Assembly (NCBI GenBank): GCA_965218785.1 | Contig: OZ244650.1 | Location: forward strand, 1,024,001-1,088,000 | DNA length: 64,000 nucleotides | Origin: Nitrosopumilus sp. | GTDB taxonomy: Archaea > Thermoproteota > Nitrososphaeria > Nitrososphaerales > Nitrosopumilaceae | Direction: 5' to 3' | Part shown: in pieces, positions 1-9,599 of the stretch | Layout: each line of letters starts with the position of its first letter | How positions within the stretch are numbered: position 1 is the stretch's first letter | Position numbers and translations under genes: made by a program | The notes under the pieces: model-generated | Database searches by the model: none | Seen by the model: the letters and a program-made list of their open reading frames with translations, nothing else | Told to the model about the DNA's origin: nothing

Positions 1-80
1 GTGGTGGATGTTTCAAGACAAACCTATGGATCCGCCGTGAGTGGTTTGATCAAAGGTGCACAATCGTAACTTTTGGGCCC

Positions 81-1805
81 CTACCAATACCTTGCCTTTA
101 CAGTCTCTATGACTTTTTCATGCTCCCTGCTCTTTCTGCGTGCATATCTCTCCATTGCACCAAGTGGAACGCCGCCAAGGGATCTTGCTATGGCATTAAA
201 AAAGTACCTCCGTGGACCCCTAGAACCAGTCCGGGTCATGAATTTTTGAATGCCATACTTGAAGTTGTGCTGCCATGTCTTGTAAAGGACTCCCAGCTGG
301 GCCGGCGTCATTTCATTTCCAATGTTGAAGAAATCTGATTTTTCTAACAATCCGATCGGGACAAACGTAAGCGCGGTGGCAGTAAACATCGAGTCGGGCT
401 GCTCCTGTTCTAATTCGTTGATCAGGCGTATTGTTTCCCAAGAGTCTTCTGGTGTCTCATCATTGTCAAGACCCATGATTAACGTAAATGCGGGAATCCA
501 GTAATTCTCATTTAGTGTCTTTACACCCTCCTTTACAACCCAGTGCCATTCATCAGGGGTGTATGGCGCAAGTTTTCTGTCTGCGTATTTGCCAATCAAC
601 CTCAAACTTCCGGTCTCAAATCCTGCCTGGATGCCAATCATGTTGTCAGGTCCTGCCTTTATGATTTTTGAAAGATTCGGAAGCAGTCTTTCATCAGCTA
701 TCGCACCTGCCAGCGTTCCATGTGTGGGGTTTGTATGCTCCACACCCGTAGACATGATTGCAGTGAACAGTTCCTCCAAGGCCTCCCTGTTTGGCTCCAT
801 CCCCTTTGCGGTTCTCGGATCCATTCCATAAACAAAAATATCATCACTGTGAATCCATGCGGATTTTGAACCGCCCTTTTTCATGTTGACTTCGATCTCT
901 CTTTTGACCTTTTCTGGCGGGTAATACCTCAGTGATCTTAACGTAACATCGCAGAACTTGCATCCCCTGCCGCATCCGCGCATCACCTCGACCATTCCGT
1001 GCATGCTGGGCTCTACAATGTCCGGAATTTCCTCCATGTCCGGTCTGTCCCAAAAATTGACAAATCTTGCATGAATCTTTTTCCCGTTTCTTTCAAATTC
1101 CTTGATGTTAACTTTAAAGTCGCTTCGCTTTCTGAAGGGATCCATGTTTTCAAAGTCGCCGTTGATCAAATAATTGAAGAATCTTCCCGCATGTCCGTCA
1201 ATCTCTGGCGCAATGCCTCCAAGCTCCCCTTCTAGTACGGCATAGATTCCAAACTCCTCTATCTTTTCGGGATCATAGTTGTACTGCCAGGTTCCAGACG
1301 CACCGGAGATGACTTTGGCCTTGCTTCCGGTTCTTGCCTTGGCGGCCTTGATTCTGTGGTGCAGTTCGGTGTTGTAAAATTCGTCATAAGAGATTTGTTT
1401 TCTGCCATAAGTAAATGTCATGGTAACAGGACCCATTCCAAGAGGATCCATTTCATAGGTGCCGACGACCTGCGTATCTGGTCCGATGAACTGTTCTATG
1501 TGATCAGGATGGGCAACAACGACTTCCTGCCTGCTAAATCCGTCCCGTAACAGGCCTGCCTCCAGTTTTCTCAATCCATACGGTGCATAATTTGCAACGC
1601 CGTTTGTGTGGGGAATGTAATTGCAGATAAAATCAAAGAGAATCTTCGGGGTAACCTGTCTTCCGAGAATCTTGTACCACATGCTGTTTTTGTCCCTGTT
1701 TGGATCAATTGCAGGAGCGCATCCAAAAAAGGTAGCCAGAGACAATCCCCTGTACGGGGACATTAAAGTACGATCGGCAGTCAGAACAATTTTTGGGGTT
1801 CCCAT
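81..1805 (-). CDS. B12-binding-type radical SAM protein, GDGT ring synthase (Grs)-like family
   Basis: CxxxCxxC (RGCGRGCKFC). The N-terminal IVLTADRTLMS...APYGLRKLEA...MDPLGMGP motifs resemble the archaeal Grs-related radical SAM family as I recall it. Confidence 0.75.
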   Translation of the reverse strand: MGTPKIVLTADRTLMSPYRGLSLATFFGCAPAIDPNRDKNSMWYKILGRQVTPKILFDFICNYIPHTNGVANYAPYGLRKLEAGLLRDGFSRQEVVVAHPDHIEQFIGPDTQVVGTYEMDPLGMGPVTMTFTYGRKQISYDEFYNTELHHRIKAAKARTGSKAKVISGASGTWQYNYDPEKIEEFGIYAVLEGELGGIAPEIDGHAGRFFNYLINGDFENMDPFRKRSDFKVNIKEFERNGKKIHARFVNFWDRPDMEEIPDIVEPSMHGMVEVMRGCGRGCKFCDVTLRSLRYYPPEKVKREIEVNMKKGGSKSAWIHSDDIFVYGMDPRTAKGMEPNREALEELFTAIMSTGVEHTNPTHGTLAGAIADERLLPNLSKIIKAGPDNMIGIQAGFETGSLRLIGKYADRKLAPYTPDEWHWVVKEGVKTLNENYWIPAFTLIMGLDNDETPEDSWETIRLINELEQEQPDSMFTATALTFVPIGLLEKSDFFNIGNEMTPAQLGVLYKTWQHNFKYGIQKFMTRTGSRGPRRYFFNAIARSLGGVPLGAMERYARRKSREHEKVIETVKARYW

Positions 1806-1855
1806 ATCCTTCACGAAAACAATTTTTTGATTTAGTTTAAACCTTGCTAGTATGA

Positions 1856-2668
1856 CTAGTAATCTTCCAAAATTCCTGCCTTGTTCCTGTGAAAACGTCC
1901 AAATTCCCTGTTTGAGGAAAGATGCTGACCATCAAATATGGTTCCGTCCCTGCATACCAGATCCTCGCCGGCACAACAGCTGCCACAGATCCCAACCCCG
2001 CACTTCATCATCCTCTCAAGACTGGCCTGAACAAACATTCCACGGGAATGAGCAGACTGGACTGTTTTGTACATCATGATTTCAGGTCCGCAGACGTATA
2101 CTGCATCAAAACGGGTCTCACCAAGAATCTTTTCAACCAAATCAGTTACAAATCCCTTCTTGCCATAACTCCCATCATCAGTTGAGACCGTTACTTTGTG
2201 GGGGTTTTTCTCCAAAAGGCAGTTTGCCAGATCTTCAAAAAAAACCTCGTCTTTTGATTTTGCACCGATTAGGACGGTAACATCGTCTGCCGGTTTTACA
2301 AATGTGAGCAGCCGCATCATGGGAACAAGACCTGTTCCGCCGCCCACTAGCAGCAGTCTTCCCTCCCTAAGATCAAAAGAGTTGCCATACGGGCCCCTGA
2401 TTCCAATCTGCTCCCCCGCCCTGATATTGTACAGTCCGGTGGATGCAGGTCCGTGTCTTCTTACTGTAAATGCCGCCTTTCCTGATTCGCGCGATATCAT
2501 CACACTCATGGGCAGTTCGTTTATTCCGGGAATCCAGACCATTGCAAACTGTCCGGGGAGGACGTTTGACATTATCTCATCTGAGAAGATCAGGGTTCGA
2601 ACAGTGGGCGTCTCATCAACAACCTTTTCAACTGTGACGATTGTCGGGCAGTTAGGATTTCTTTGCAA
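1856..2668 (-). CDS. pyrK: Dihydroorotate dehydrogenase electron transfer subunit
   Basis: PGQF, GPYG, GGGTG, CGP and the 2Fe-2S motif CGVGICGSC; overlaps pyrD. Confidence 0.93.
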   Translation of the reverse strand: MQRNPNCPTIVTVEKVVDETPTVRTLIFSDEIMSNVLPGQFAMVWIPGINELPMSVMISRESGKAAFTVRRHGPASTGLYNIRAGEQIGIRGPYGNSFDLREGRLLLVGGGTGLVPMMRLLTFVKPADDVTVLIGAKSKDEVFFEDLANCLLEKNPHKVTVSTDDGSYGKKGFVTDLVEKILGETRFDAVYVCGPEIMMYKTVQSAHSRGMFVQASLERMMKCGVGICGSCCAGEDLVCRDGTIFDGQHLSSNREFGRFHRNKAGILEDY

Positions 2669-3563
2669 GACCCGTCATCTCCCCCAACTTTGAAAAATTA
2701 TTTCTCTTCATATATGAAATTATCCCGTTGTTGATATCCTCAAACACACTTATCCAGTTATCGCCTACCGCGCTGCCGACCTGTACCGCCGATGCACCTG
2801 CAAGGAAAAATTCTACGGCATCCTCCCACGTAGATACGCCGCCACAGCCGATTACCGGAACGTCGTATTTTGAAGAGATCTCATAAACGCATCTTAGTGC
2901 AATCGGCTTAATCGGGGTGCCAGATAACCCGCCAAACCTGTTACTTAAAATCGGACGTTTTGTTTCAATGTTGATTGCCATTGCCCTGACGGTGTTGATG
3001 GCAGTAACTGCATCAATTCCGGAATCAACTGCGGCACCGACGGTCTTTAGATAATGACTGGTACCCAAACCGACCTTGGCAACTACCGGAACATCCGTAG
3101 AGTCCTTGACTGCCGTCACGATTTTTTTTACGAGCTCCGGATCATCGCCTACCTCCAAACCGACCTTGGCTACGTGGGGACACGACAGATTCAGCTCGTA
3201 TGCCGTCACTTTGCAGTCTGCAAACTGCTTTATCATAAATTCAAAGTCTTCTGGAATTGAGCCAACCAGGCTTACTATGATTGGAACGTCCCTGTTTGAC
3301 TCTATCATTTTGGCAAAGTTCGGCGCTCCTGGATTTGAGAGTCCAACTGCATTAATCCAGCCATCGCCTTTTACGCCAAAAATGGTAGGATTTGGATATC
3401 CATCCCACGGCTCCCTGCTAAGGGACTTTGTCACTACTGCCCCTGCTCCGGAGCGATACAGCCTGTTAAATACATCCAGTGATATTCCAAGTATTCCTGA
3501 TGCCAGCATTACTGGCCTCTCCAGGCGAATCGGACCTATCAGAGTTGAAAGATCGGGCTCCAT
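2652..3563 (-). CDS. pyrD: Dihydroorotate dehydrogenase (class 1B) catalytic subunit
   Basis: NAVGLSNPG, ELNLSCPH, INT, GGLSG and IGCGG motifs. Confidence 0.95.
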   Translation of the reverse strand: MEPDLSTLIGPIRLERPVMLASGILGISLDVFNRLYRSGAGAVVTKSLSREPWDGYPNPTIFGVKGDGWINAVGLSNPGAPNFAKMIESNRDVPIIVSLVGSIPEDFEFMIKQFADCKVTAYELNLSCPHVAKVGLEVGDDPELVKKIVTAVKDSTDVPVVAKVGLGTSHYLKTVGAAVDSGIDAVTAINTVRAMAINIETKRPILSNRFGGLSGTPIKPIALRCVYEISSKYDVPVIGCGGVSTWEDAVEFFLAGASAVQVGSAVGDNWISVFEDINNGIISYMKRNNFSKLGEMTGLAKKS

Positions 3564-3647
3564 CCTGATTGATGAACCTCGTTTCGAATATAACAGTTAT
3601 TTACAATTCTAGTACCTTTTTTAAAGGTGGTTTATATTGATCTAGTC

Positions 3648-4904
3648 ATGTATTCTGTGATTTTAACAGAACTTGGAATCTCAGTCTTCAATGATGGAAG
3701 ATTTGAAAAGGCGTTTTCCTTCTCAAATCCTGTCAAGGAATATCTTTTGATAAAAAACAAGGAATCAAAACTAAACGAGCTGATAAATTATCTGGGCTCA
3801 ATTCAGAGGGTGGTCTCAGTCAGTGACGAGTCGCTATTGGCAATTTTGAAAAAATACTCCGTTGACTGTCTGCTCATGGATGCCGGCCAGCTAGAAACGA
3901 TACAGTCTACCAAACCGCAGATAATCGTCGATTCGGGATTTGCCTCGAATCCACAAGACGCGCTGGGAAAATTAAGGGAGTTTGCACTGGGATTTTCATC
4001 TTCAAAGGTGACTGAGGTATCTGCAAGCCCGGATCTTCACATCATCCAGGCAATTAACTCGTTAGATGAGATTGACAAGATAACAAACGGGCTGAGCTCC
4101 CGACTCCGGGAATGGTATGGCCTGCACTTTCCAGAACTAGACAACATGATAGACAGTATCAACGGATATGCGCAAATTGTACTGGCAGGAAAACGCGAAT
4201 CCCTGACAAAACAGGTTTTTGAGGATGCGGGGTTTCCAGAATCTAAAGTCGAGATGCTGAATTTGATTTCATCAAAGAGTCGGGGCGGGGATATCTCCGA
4301 TGTCAATCTGTCAATAGTGCAGTCAATTGCAAAACAGATACTGGACTTTCATGATTTACGTAAAAAACTTGAGGAACACGTCGAATCCGAGATGGTGGAG
4401 ATTGCCCCAAACCTTTCGGTAATACTGGGATCTGCAGTGGGTGCAAGAATTTTGGGAAGGGCGGGAAGTCTCAAAAGACTGGCATCATTTCCTGCAAGTA
4501 CGATACAGGTTCTAGGTGCAGAAAAAGCACTGTTTAGATCATTGAAGACAGGTTCACAACCGCCAAAGCACGGGTTGTTATTCCAACATACGCTGGTTCA
4601 TGCAGCTCCGCGATGGCAGAGGGGGAAGATTGCCCGTGCAATTGCCGCAAAGGCAGTCATTGCCGCAAGAGTTGATGTCTACGGGGAGGGATTAAACGAG
4701 ACCCTGCTTGAAAAACTCAACATCCGAGTGGATGAAATAGGCAAAAAGTATGAAAACCCGACTGAAAAAGACATCAGAAGACCACAGTTATTCAAACGGG
4801 ATGGTGGAAACTTTAGGGATAACAAAAGAGAGGGCGGCAGGAAATACAGGGAACGATCAGGATCAAACAAAAATAAAAAGAGAAAAAAGTTTGGAAGAAG
4901 ATAA
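3648..4904 (+). CDS. nop5: Nop5 (Nop56/58) box C/D sRNP scaffold
   Basis: REWYGLHFPEL, ASTIQVLGAEKALF and PKHGLLFQH; basic tail; upstream of fibrillarin. Confidence 0.95.
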   Translation: MYSVILTELGISVFNDGRFEKAFSFSNPVKEYLLIKNKESKLNELINYLGSIQRVVSVSDESLLAILKKYSVDCLLMDAGQLETIQSTKPQIIVDSGFASNPQDALGKLREFALGFSSSKVTEVSASPDLHIIQAINSLDEIDKITNGLSSRLREWYGLHFPELDNMIDSINGYAQIVLAGKRESLTKQVFEDAGFPESKVEMLNLISSKSRGGDISDVNLSIVQSIAKQILDFHDLRKKLEEHVESEMVEIAPNLSVILGSAVGARILGRAGSLKRLASFPASTIQVLGAEKALFRSLKTGSQPPKHGLLFQHTLVHAAPRWQRGKIARAIAAKAVIAARVDVYGEGLNETLLEKLNIRVDEIGKKYENPTEKDIRRPQLFKRDGGNFRDNKREGGRKYRERSGSNKNKKRKKFGRR

Positions 4905-5565
4905 CCTGCCATTTTTTTGGATTCCATCAGAAGGCGAGAAAAAACTGGCAACTGCAAATCTGGTTCCCGGAAACAGGGTATACAAGGAAAAACTGATCAT
5001 AAAAAAGGGGATCGAATACAGGCTGTGGGATCCGTTTAGAAGCAAACTGGCAGCATCCATAATGAACGACCTTGAAGAGTTTCCATTTACAAACAAGACC
5101 AAGGTTCTATACATTGGGGCATCAACTGGTACTACGGTGAGTCATATCTCAGATATGGTCGGGCCAGGCGGAATAATTTTTGCAGTCGAGCATGCAAGCA
5201 GGGTCGCAAGGGATTTTCTGGACAGGGTCGCATCATACCGATCAAATATCATTCCAATCCTGCAGGATGCGCGAAGACCAAGGGAGTATTTCTCCGTATT
5301 TGGGAGAGTTGACGTGGTGTATGTGGATATTGCACAGCCTGATCAGACGGAGATCGCGATAAGAAACTGTGAAATGTTTCTAAAAAAGGGAGGAATCCTC
5401 TTTTTGGTTGTTAAAACAAGAAGCATCGATGTCACAAAGGCACACAAGAAGATTATGAAGGAAGAGACAGAAAAACTGGAAAGAGATTTTGATGTTTTGC
5501 AGTCTATTGACCTGCATCCATATGACAAATATCATGCTATGATAACTGCAAGATATGCAGATTAA
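4891..5565 (+). CDS. flpA: Fibrillarin-like rRNA/tRNA 2'-O-methyltransferase
   Basis: EYRLWDPFRSKLAA, VLYIGASTGTTVSH and DIAQPDQ; TTG start at 4891 inferred. Confidence 0.95.
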   Translation: MEEDNLPFFWIPSEGEKKLATANLVPGNRVYKEKLIIKKGIEYRLWDPFRSKLAASIMNDLEEFPFTNKTKVLYIGASTGTTVSHISDMVGPGGIIFAVEHASRVARDFLDRVASYRSNIIPILQDARRPREYFSVFGRVDVVYVDIAQPDQTEIAIRNCEMFLKKGGILFLVVKTRSIDVTKAHKKIMKEETEKLERDFDVLQSIDLHPYDKYHAMITARYAD

Positions 5566-6182
5566 TTTCCGTCCATGATTTTCAGGACAGGCTTCCAGCT
5601 TTTGCGCACAAAGCTTGGCATGACGTGGTTTGTTTTATAGTATCTTCTGACAAATTTCACGCTTGTTGAATCCGAGGGATATCCACTGCCAAGATCATGG
5701 CTCTTTCTCAGCCTTGCAATTGCCCTGTCCCGTGTGACTTTTGCAAGGATGGATGCGGCTGAAACTATTACAAACCTGCTGTCTGCGTGGTGGTATGATC
5801 TTATTTTGTGATTCTCTGATAGCTGTGAGATCTTTTTTCCGAATCTTTTTGGATTGACATCGCACGAATCCACATATGACGTATCGGAATTCAGTCTTGA
5901 TACCACCTTTGCCATATATCTTGCCTCCAAATCATTCAAACGATGATGCCTGACGTTGGCATCAATGGTTCTTGGAGGGATTTTTGTGATGTAATAGTCG
6001 TCGGCGACCCTGATGATTTTTTTATAAAGATCTTCGCGCCGTCTGGGGGAAAGTTTTTTTGAATCTTTGACCCCCAACGAGGAAAGGCTCCTTAGCTTTT
6101 TTTTATCCAGAGAAATACCCGCTATGACCAGCGGACCCAGCATGGAACCCCGTCCGGCATCATCAATTCCGCAAATCTGCAC
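5562..6182 (-). CDS. rnhB: Ribonuclease HII
   Basis: GIDDAGRGSMLGPLV, DSKKL, VSAASILAKV and GSGYPSD. Confidence 0.95.
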   Translation of the reverse strand: MQICGIDDAGRGSMLGPLVIAGISLDKKKLRSLSSLGVKDSKKLSPRRREDLYKKIIRVADDYYITKIPPRTIDANVRHHRLNDLEARYMAKVVSRLNSDTSYVDSCDVNPKRFGKKISQLSENHKIRSYHHADSRFVIVSAASILAKVTRDRAIARLRKSHDLGSGYPSDSTSVKFVRRYYKTNHVMPSFVRKSWKPVLKIMDGN

Positions 6183-6240
6183 GAATTCTGTCCCAAGACA
6201 CAAGTATTAAACCGTTATACGCCAAAAAAATTGAAAGCAA

Positions 6241-7389
6241 TTGGAGATTCCGGATGACACATTTCAAGAAATTATTGAGGGCAGTACAAGGCTGCTTGTT
6301 CCAAAAAAATCAATTACTGAAAAAGTTCCGCCAAAAAAGCCCGCATTTTTTAATCCAAAAGCAAAGCTGAACAGGGATTTTTCCATGGTTGTTTATGCGG
6401 CATTTATGAAAAATTTTCAGGGACCAAAGATTTTTCTGGATGGATTATCCGGAATCGGTGCGCGGGGACTGCGGGTTGCAAATGAGATAGGGGCAGAAAA
6501 CGTCGTGATCAACGATCTGAATCCGGATGCCCTGAAAATCGCACGGTATTCTGCAAGTCTGAATGATTTGGACAATGTTGAATTTTCTGAAAAAGAGGTC
6601 TGCCGATTTCTGAGTGATTATTCAGAAAAAGGAAAGCGGGGCTCGATGGTGGATGTAGATCCGTTTGGTTCTCCTGCGGCATTTTTTGATTGCGGGATCA
6701 GGGCCACCATGCACGGGGGAATCTTCTCGTCGGCTGCCACGGATCTTCAGGTACTCAACGGGCTCTTTGAACCTGCATGCAAGAGAAGGTATGGCGGAAC
6801 CACAGTTAGAACAGAATACGGAAATGAGATGGCAATAAGGTTGGTTCTTGGCTGTCTTAGAACGGTAACGGCAAGACTGGGGGTTAAAATCATTCCAATG
6901 TTTGTTGAAAGCGACATGCATTACTATAGAACATATGTCCAAGTTTTGAACAGGCCGGATCAGGAGGAAAACATGGGATACATACTGCACTGTAAAAACT
7001 GCGGACACAGAAAAACTACGACAGAGCTGGAACTGGAATGCGGGCTGTGTAAATCAAAAATCAGTGCTGCAGGACCGTTATGGATTGGAAAAATCTTTGA
7101 GCGGGAATTTATTCAAAACATGTTGTTGGAGATTCCAAATCTGGAGACAGACAAGGTTTGTGAAAAAACACTTGAGAAATGCCTGAAAGAATCCGAAATG
7201 CCGGGAACGTATTTTACATTGGATGAAATCGCATCAAAGATAAAATCATCGCCTCCGAAATTAGAGAATCTGATAACAGGCCTGCAAAAAAAGAATTTCA
7301 CAGCCAGTGTCACATCATTTAGCCCGACGGGGTTTCGGACAAATGCAAAGATAGACGAGGTAAAAGAGATGTTTCAGTCTATCCTATAA
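6241..7389 (+). CDS. trm1: tRNA (guanine26-N2)-dimethyltransferase
   Basis: FFNP...NRD, GARGLR, DVDPFGSP, ATD and a CxxC...CxxC zinc ribbon followed by GPLW. Confidence 0.93.
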   Translation: MEIPDDTFQEIIEGSTRLLVPKKSITEKVPPKKPAFFNPKAKLNRDFSMVVYAAFMKNFQGPKIFLDGLSGIGARGLRVANEIGAENVVINDLNPDALKIARYSASLNDLDNVEFSEKEVCRFLSDYSEKGKRGSMVDVDPFGSPAAFFDCGIRATMHGGIFSSAATDLQVLNGLFEPACKRRYGGTTVRTEYGNEMAIRLVLGCLRTVTARLGVKIIPMFVESDMHYYRTYVQVLNRPDQEENMGYILHCKNCGHRKTTTELELECGLCKSKISAAGPLWIGKIFEREFIQNMLLEIPNLETDKVCEKTLEKCLKESEMPGTYFTLDEIASKIKSSPPKLENLITGLQKKNFTASVTSFSPTGFRTNAKIDEVKEMFQSIL

Positions 7390-7972
7390 AACCCAGACAG
7401 ACATAGTATAACTCACTGCTTTGTTTTCTGCTTGCCTTGGGTTTTGTAAGATTTATCCGGGAGAATTTTTTCTTGACATAATCCTTAAACTCCATTGAAT
7501 ATTCGCCGTCAAATACTTTGAAAATGGCGTTTCCTTTGTTTGCCAAAACCTTGTCCATGATTTTGGCAGAATCATAATTGAGTGAAATTTGTCTGGCATG
7601 ATCAACTGACCAGTTTCCGCTAATCTTGGGTGAAAGATCACAGATTACGGCGTTTACCTTGCGCTCAAAATACGACATTATTTCATCAATTACGTGCTCA
7701 TCATCAATGCTTTCTCGAAGAAGATATGCCCCGGGAATCTCATCCACGTATGACAGGTCAATTCCCATCACCTTTCCCTGATTTCCGGCAAGTTTTACAG
7801 CCATCTGGGTCCAACCACCCGGTGCACACCCCAAATCCAGGACATTGAATCCCGGACCGATTATGCGATATGACTGGTTTAACTCTTTTAGTTTGTATGC
7901 GGCCCTGCTCCGATAGCCCTGCTCATGGGCTAATTTTCTATACTGATCCTTGCGGGCATCTAAGAGTTTCAT
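7379..7972 (-). CDS. rlmE: 23S rRNA Um2552 methyltransferase (FtsJ/RrmJ)
   Basis: GYRSRAAYKL, LDLGCAPGGW and KPKASR..SSELY. Confidence 0.93.
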   Translation of the reverse strand: MKLLDARKDQYRKLAHEQGYRSRAAYKLKELNQSYRIIGPGFNVLDLGCAPGGWTQMAVKLAGNQGKVMGIDLSYVDEIPGAYLLRESIDDEHVIDEIMSYFERKVNAVICDLSPKISGNWSVDHARQISLNYDSAKIMDKVLANKGNAIFKVFDGEYSMEFKDYVKKKFSRINLTKPKASRKQSSELYYVCLGFIG

Positions 7973-8892
7973 TTTGAAGGCTTTTTCATTTCGGCAATTA
8001 CCCAGTCTTCAATAAATTGACAGTTCCTTGGACTGATTTCGCCATCAAGTGAACATTTCTGTTCCACGGGGCAAACCAGACAGGGGGCATTCTCAATTGA
8101 CTGAGTACTGATCGGAGTCTTTTTTAAAATCAATTTATAGGTCCAGCGGCCTTTCTCGAGGATTTTCTCCCTGGTAATGGTTCCCATTCTCTCCAGTTTT
8201 AATGCCAGACGGGAGCCGTCACGGCTTGAAAGTTTAAGTTTTTTCCACAGTTCACTTTGAAACATTCCATTTAATTCGCGTTCTGCTAGAATGTCGCAAA
8301 CTTTGTTGGTGAGCCTCTCCATGTCGACTTTTTCAATCTGAAAGTTTTCAATTTCCTCATCAGAAAGCTGTTCTTCTAACTCCTCTTCTAATGTTTTTTC
8401 AGCCTCTTTTTTGGCCTCTGCCAATTCCTTTTTGGTTAATTTTTTTACTTTTGGGGGCTTTGGCTCGACTTTCTTTGGTTTTTTTACCTTGAGCTGTTTT
8501 GATTTTTTTGTATTCTTTGCAGGCTTTGACTCCGCTTTCTTTGGTTTTTTTGCATTGGACTGTTTTGTCTCGTCTTTCTTTTCCTTCTTTGACTCGCCTT
8601 TTTTTGTATTCTTTGCAGGCTTTGTCTCATCCTTTTTTGATTTTTTTACTTTGGATTTCGTTTCCTTCTTTACCTCCACTTTCTTTTCCTTCTTTACCTC
8701 AGCTTTCGTTTCTTTCTTTGCAGGCTTTACCTCATCTTTCGTTTCTTTCTTTGCGGGTTTTGCATCATCTTTCTTTTCCTTCTTTGCAAGTTTTTTAGAC
8801 GAGTCTAGGATCTTTTTTCTCCTTTTTAATTCGGCAAGTTCAGCCTTCATTTTTTCTACTTTAACAACTAGATCTTTTTTCTTTGTCATCAA
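7969..8892 (-). CDS. RPC34/TFE-beta homolog (winged helix plus C-terminal Fe-S motif) with a long Lys-rich low-complexity N-terminus
   Basis: C-terminal PCLVCPVEQKC...EISPRNC...W matches the RPC34/C39 4Fe-4S motif; wHTH segment GMFQSELWKKL..SRDGSRLALKLE; lies in an RNA-modification neighbourhood. Confidence 0.8.
   Translation of the reverse strand: MMTKKKDLVVKVEKMKAELAELKRRKKILDSSKKLAKKEKKDDAKPAKKETKDEVKPAKKETKAEVKKEKKVEVKKETKSKVKKSKKDETKPAKNTKKGESKKEKKDETKQSNAKKPKKAESKPAKNTKKSKQLKVKKPKKVEPKPPKVKKLTKKELAEAKKEAEKTLEEELEEQLSDEEIENFQIEKVDMERLTNKVCDILAERELNGMFQSELWKKLKLSSRDGSRLALKLERMGTITREKILEKGRWTYKLILKKTPISTQSIENAPCLVCPVEQKCSLDGEISPRNCQFIEDWVIAEMKKPSK
8410..8800 (-). repeat. Degenerate Lys-rich coding repeats (KPAKKETK / KPAKNTKK / KKE)
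   Basis: Recurrent ttctttgcaggcttt units on the + strand and repeated peptides in the translation. Confidence 0.75.
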
Positions 8893-8944
8893 ATCACCTC
8901 GTTTTTTAAATTCAACTTCTTATTTATCATGCAATCATCATTTC

Positions 8945-9496
8945 CTATTTAACCGTAAATCCCTCAGTTGTCGAGACGTTAATGAGTTCTTTTGAAATTA
9001 TTTCTGCCTCAATCTCATAATAACCGGGAGTATCAACTAGTACAGAAAAACCCTCGCCCACGGGAATAATTTTATCTTCATCCTCAAAGCACTGTTCGAG
9101 GAACTGGTTTTGGATAATCGGACTGTCATCTTCTGAATAAACTGTAATGTAAAGATCCCCACAATCAAAGGAGGAATCACCAATTTTGACCTGAACCTCC
9201 ACGGGCTCAGATGTGGAGTACTGATTTGAGAGGCCGAGTATTTCAATGACAATAACGGCCTTGGAGGGGGTTTCTTTTGGAACGGCCTTGGAGGGGGTTT
9301 CTTTTGGAACGGCCTTGGAGGGGGTTTCTTTTGGAACTACCGGGGAGGGGGTTTTTTCTGGAACAGACACAGACACAGACCCAAAGTCCAACTCCCTGCC
9401 CGGTTTTTGGAGAATATCTGCCATGACTGCTGAACCGAAAAATAGTGAAAAGATTGCAGGAAATATAAATACAACAAAAACTTTCTTGGAGACCAT
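8945..9496 (-). CDS. Hypothetical membrane-anchored/secreted protein with an internal tandem repeat
   Basis: Hydrophobic N-terminus; (VPKETPSKA)x3 linker; acidic beta-rich C-terminal domain. Confidence 0.75.
   Translation of the reverse strand: MVSKKVFVVFIFPAIFSLFFGSAVMADILQKPGRELDFGSVSVSVPEKTPSPVVPKETPSKAVPKETPSKAVPKETPSKAVIVIEILGLSNQYSTSEPVEVQVKIGDSSFDCGDLYITVYSEDDSPIIQNQFLEQCFEDEDKIIPVGEGFSVLVDTPGYYEIEAEIISKELINVSTTEGFTVK
9254..9361. repeat. 27-bp tandem repeat (3 exact copies plus 1 degenerate)
   Basis: aacggccttggagggggtttcttttgg at 9254, 9281 and 9308; degenerate copy at 9335. Confidence 0.95.
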
Positions 9497-9599
9497 TTTG
9501 ATTTAGATCCATAATTCCCTTATATCTATTTAGCAAAATCAGAGAACACGGGATCAATTTGACGAATGAGTTAAATCGTAGCCGACTAAATATCGCTAG

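Noticed and set aside
4750-4890. N-terminal extension of fibrillarin
   Set aside because: It overlaps the nop5 coding end, and TTG at 4891 fits the family length better.
8411-8995. 194-aa Phe-rich plus-strand ORF
   Set aside because: It is the antisense shadow of the Lys-rich repeats.
9254-9361. CRISPR-like 27-bp repeats
   Set aside because: The copies are contiguous, lack spacers and are in frame within a CDS.
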